A stretch of DNA of 63,983 bases, filler included, from Diploschistes diacapsis (Eukaryota): the NCBI GenBank assembly GCA_023645945.1. It is 12 parts of 12 records of this genome, joined end to end, with 100 filler letters (N's around TTAATTAATTAA, not from the genome) between each part and the next. Parts side by side here need not be neighbours in the genome. Positions count along the whole stretch, not along the records: positions 59,155 to 63,983 come from JALAIB010001648.1; 11 more parts are not named here. The stretch is one strand, 5' to 3'. Positions 61,722 to 63,983 of this stretch are shown in pieces. Made by a program: the position numbers and the translations under genes. Every line of letters begins with the position of its first letter. The stretch's first letter is position 1. The notes under the pieces were generated by a model that was not told where the DNA came from, ran no database searches, and saw nothing but the letters and a program-made list of their open reading frames with translations.

Positions 61722-63983
61722 AATTGTGAGAATTCGTTCTCCCCTTAAAGTTACACCTTGAGACAAGAAGCTTGAAATCGGTTGCTCAGCTTCAGCGATG
61801 CGTAAGTGGGTTCTTAAGTATACTTGAAGCGCCCTTGGTGGGTTTATATCTAAGGTGCCGTGTATTCAAAAGCGTCTCAAGGTGTTCATTGAAAAGAAAG
61901 ATTGGTCTAGGCAAAATGAATCGTCTAATGGATGGCCTGTTCAAAGCGCTTCTTGAAATAATGACTCCCCAGGTTTGCCCCCCACGTTTGACTTCCGGAG
62001 ACGTATGTTTGCAATATTGAGTATTAGTTCTTGAATGGTTGCTACTTTTCTGTGGATTCACCAAAGGGTTAAACACTTACCAGGTCGCTAGGGAGAACGC
62101 CCAGTATCTAAGACCTGATATTGGTGGCCGAACCCTGAGATATTCGCGATTCGGAGACAATGTTTCAGTAACAACGCCTTGACATACGCTGTACTGGACG
62201 CTATTCACGACTTCGATAGATGAGGCAGACGTATTTTGGAGGTTACATTGAAGACATGCGGTTGTACTGAAGTTATTAGTTCGTATCGCGCAGCAGAACG
62301 GGTTTCAACATGGTAATCCTGGGCTTCCAGTAAGCTTGCCGGTCAAAAGATCCTGTATACTGACAAATCTCTTCGAGCAGGTGCTGCACTGAAGTGCTCC
62401 CTAGGGCGTTGATGAGCCTACCTTATGAAAGAGCTTAGGGGGCTCGATTGTCGTAGGCTTGAAGATGAAGAAGGGTTAGAGGTTGAGACGATGATCAAGG
62501 CAGATGTTGTGTCGAAGTATCTTCGGAACAGGGAAAAACCCCAAGCCAGTATCTGAAGGTATTATGCTCAATATCGCCTTTGTTCTCAAGATCTCAAAGA
62601 GCGTACATACTTGGAGGGCTCTGGAGAGACTCGTATGGCCGAAATGCTCCCAGATGTCAGGTGAGCTACCTTGAGGTGAGGAATTTGCAGTGCTGGGTAC
62701 CGTCCCGAGCTTGAGAATAAAGGATATTAGCTTCAGGCAAATATCTAAAAGGATATAGCGTTGAAGCGCTCTTCGGACATCGAGAGCTTACGTGAAACTC
62801 AAGCAGCAAACTCATGTTTGCGACCATTCACCAGGAGGCAATCTGGGTGACTCCGAGTAACACGAAGAGGGAACGGGATATCAATACAAGCAATACTCAC
62901 CAGCTCAATATCCCAACCACCAAATCCTCTACACCACCGTCCCACCGCAGCGCTCTCAAAACCTTTAGAGTCCAACTCTACAGCAAAAAGCCGCAACGTC
63001 ACATACACCAGCCTATTCAAAAGGCGCTCAGCAGATCCACCATCAAACGAAAAGAAAAACGAGGCGCCCTTAGCCGCTGCACACACCAGCCAGATCAGGT
63101 ACAAACCACGGAGTCCCTCCAGAGCGTGCTATCTTGCGGAAAATTCACCTTGTGGGCAGAGACTTGTGTTTACTGTCTACCTTCCGCCCATACTGCTCGT
63201 TCCTTCCTCAACTGCAACTAGAGTTGCGCGCCCGCCAAACTCAGCATGAGCGCTTCCAGTTCTTTCTACCGGGTTGGAGTCCGCAGGAGCAGCAAGGCGC
63301 AATTTTGGCTGCATGTCTACATGATTCCATGACTAGGTAAGTTATCCAGGTAATAACTTGCGCTGAAGGTCTGCCTTACCATCCCTTTTCTCCGTTCAAT
63401 AGCCAGGCCAGCCCTTGGGAGGGAAAAAATCAAGACAAGACTGTGGAAACAAGAGAATACGTATACCTTTGGCATCCATCCTACTTCTTTTCATTTCCAC
63501 TCTAAAAGTAAGTGCTTCTACAGAGCACCGGCTGAAAGCAGAGAGACAACCAGACAGCGCTGTTGTGCATACATGCCTCCGCGATATCCGGGGGTGAGGG
63601 GCGGTAGAAGGGATTGTAATGGATGCTCTGGAGACCTGCGGCTTGGTCGGCGTCCAGGTGCGGTAAGGCTGGTAGTGATGATGCGTGCTAATTAATCAAA
63701 GCACGCAGGTTGATTTGGGGGGCATTTACGTTCTGATGTGGTCTCGTAAGGGGTTTTGTTGGGCTTGGCTCGACACGTAGTGGCATGATACTCTTGAGTA
63801 AAGCCAAGAAGGGCAAGATTACGAGAGCATATCCAATATACAAGTCACGTGCCAAAAGTAGTTAGGTATCAAATAAACAAATACCACCTACCAACTTTAT
63901 TGAGCCATTGCGCACTTAATAAAGCTTCAATGAATGCGCAAAGTAAATCATTTTAAAGCTTTTAAATAGTAGATTATATTAAT

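Noticed and set aside
61772..63983. Short ORFs upstream of the BTB-like gene
   Set aside because: No coherent gene model could be built; they may be UTR exons or intergenic DNA.

Overview
This is filamentous ascomycete (Pezizomycotina-type) nuclear DNA with spliceosomal GT-AG introns. It is not one chromosomal region. Twelve ~5.3 kb contigs are joined by an artificial 100-bp spacer (N44-TTAATTAATTAA-N44) and ordered by decreasing length (5296, 5295, 5295, 5281, 5276, 5275, 5275, 5274, 5270, 5260, 5257 bp), so only within-contig neighbourhoods are meaningful. Recognisable genes: GH47 alpha-1,2-mannosidase, RING/PHD protein, PMP22/Mpv17, AIP1, GH31, agmatinase, CDC42, SER1, thaumatin-like protein, ferric reductase, ARL3, ATP1, an RRM protein, VPS15 and a BTB-like protein, plus several contig-truncated fragments. 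Contig 1 is a nest of decayed (RIP-like) DNA transposons. The best candidate for an undescribed system is on contig 9: a membrane-anchored AIG1/GIMAP-like GTPase co-oriented with a coiled-coil protein that has a possible GrpE/MIEAP-like C-terminus, in a repeat-containing contig with no housekeeping gene. Other leads are a probable Sororin-like protein and a GH31_u1-type glycosidase. All calls are from manual motif recognition; no searches were run.
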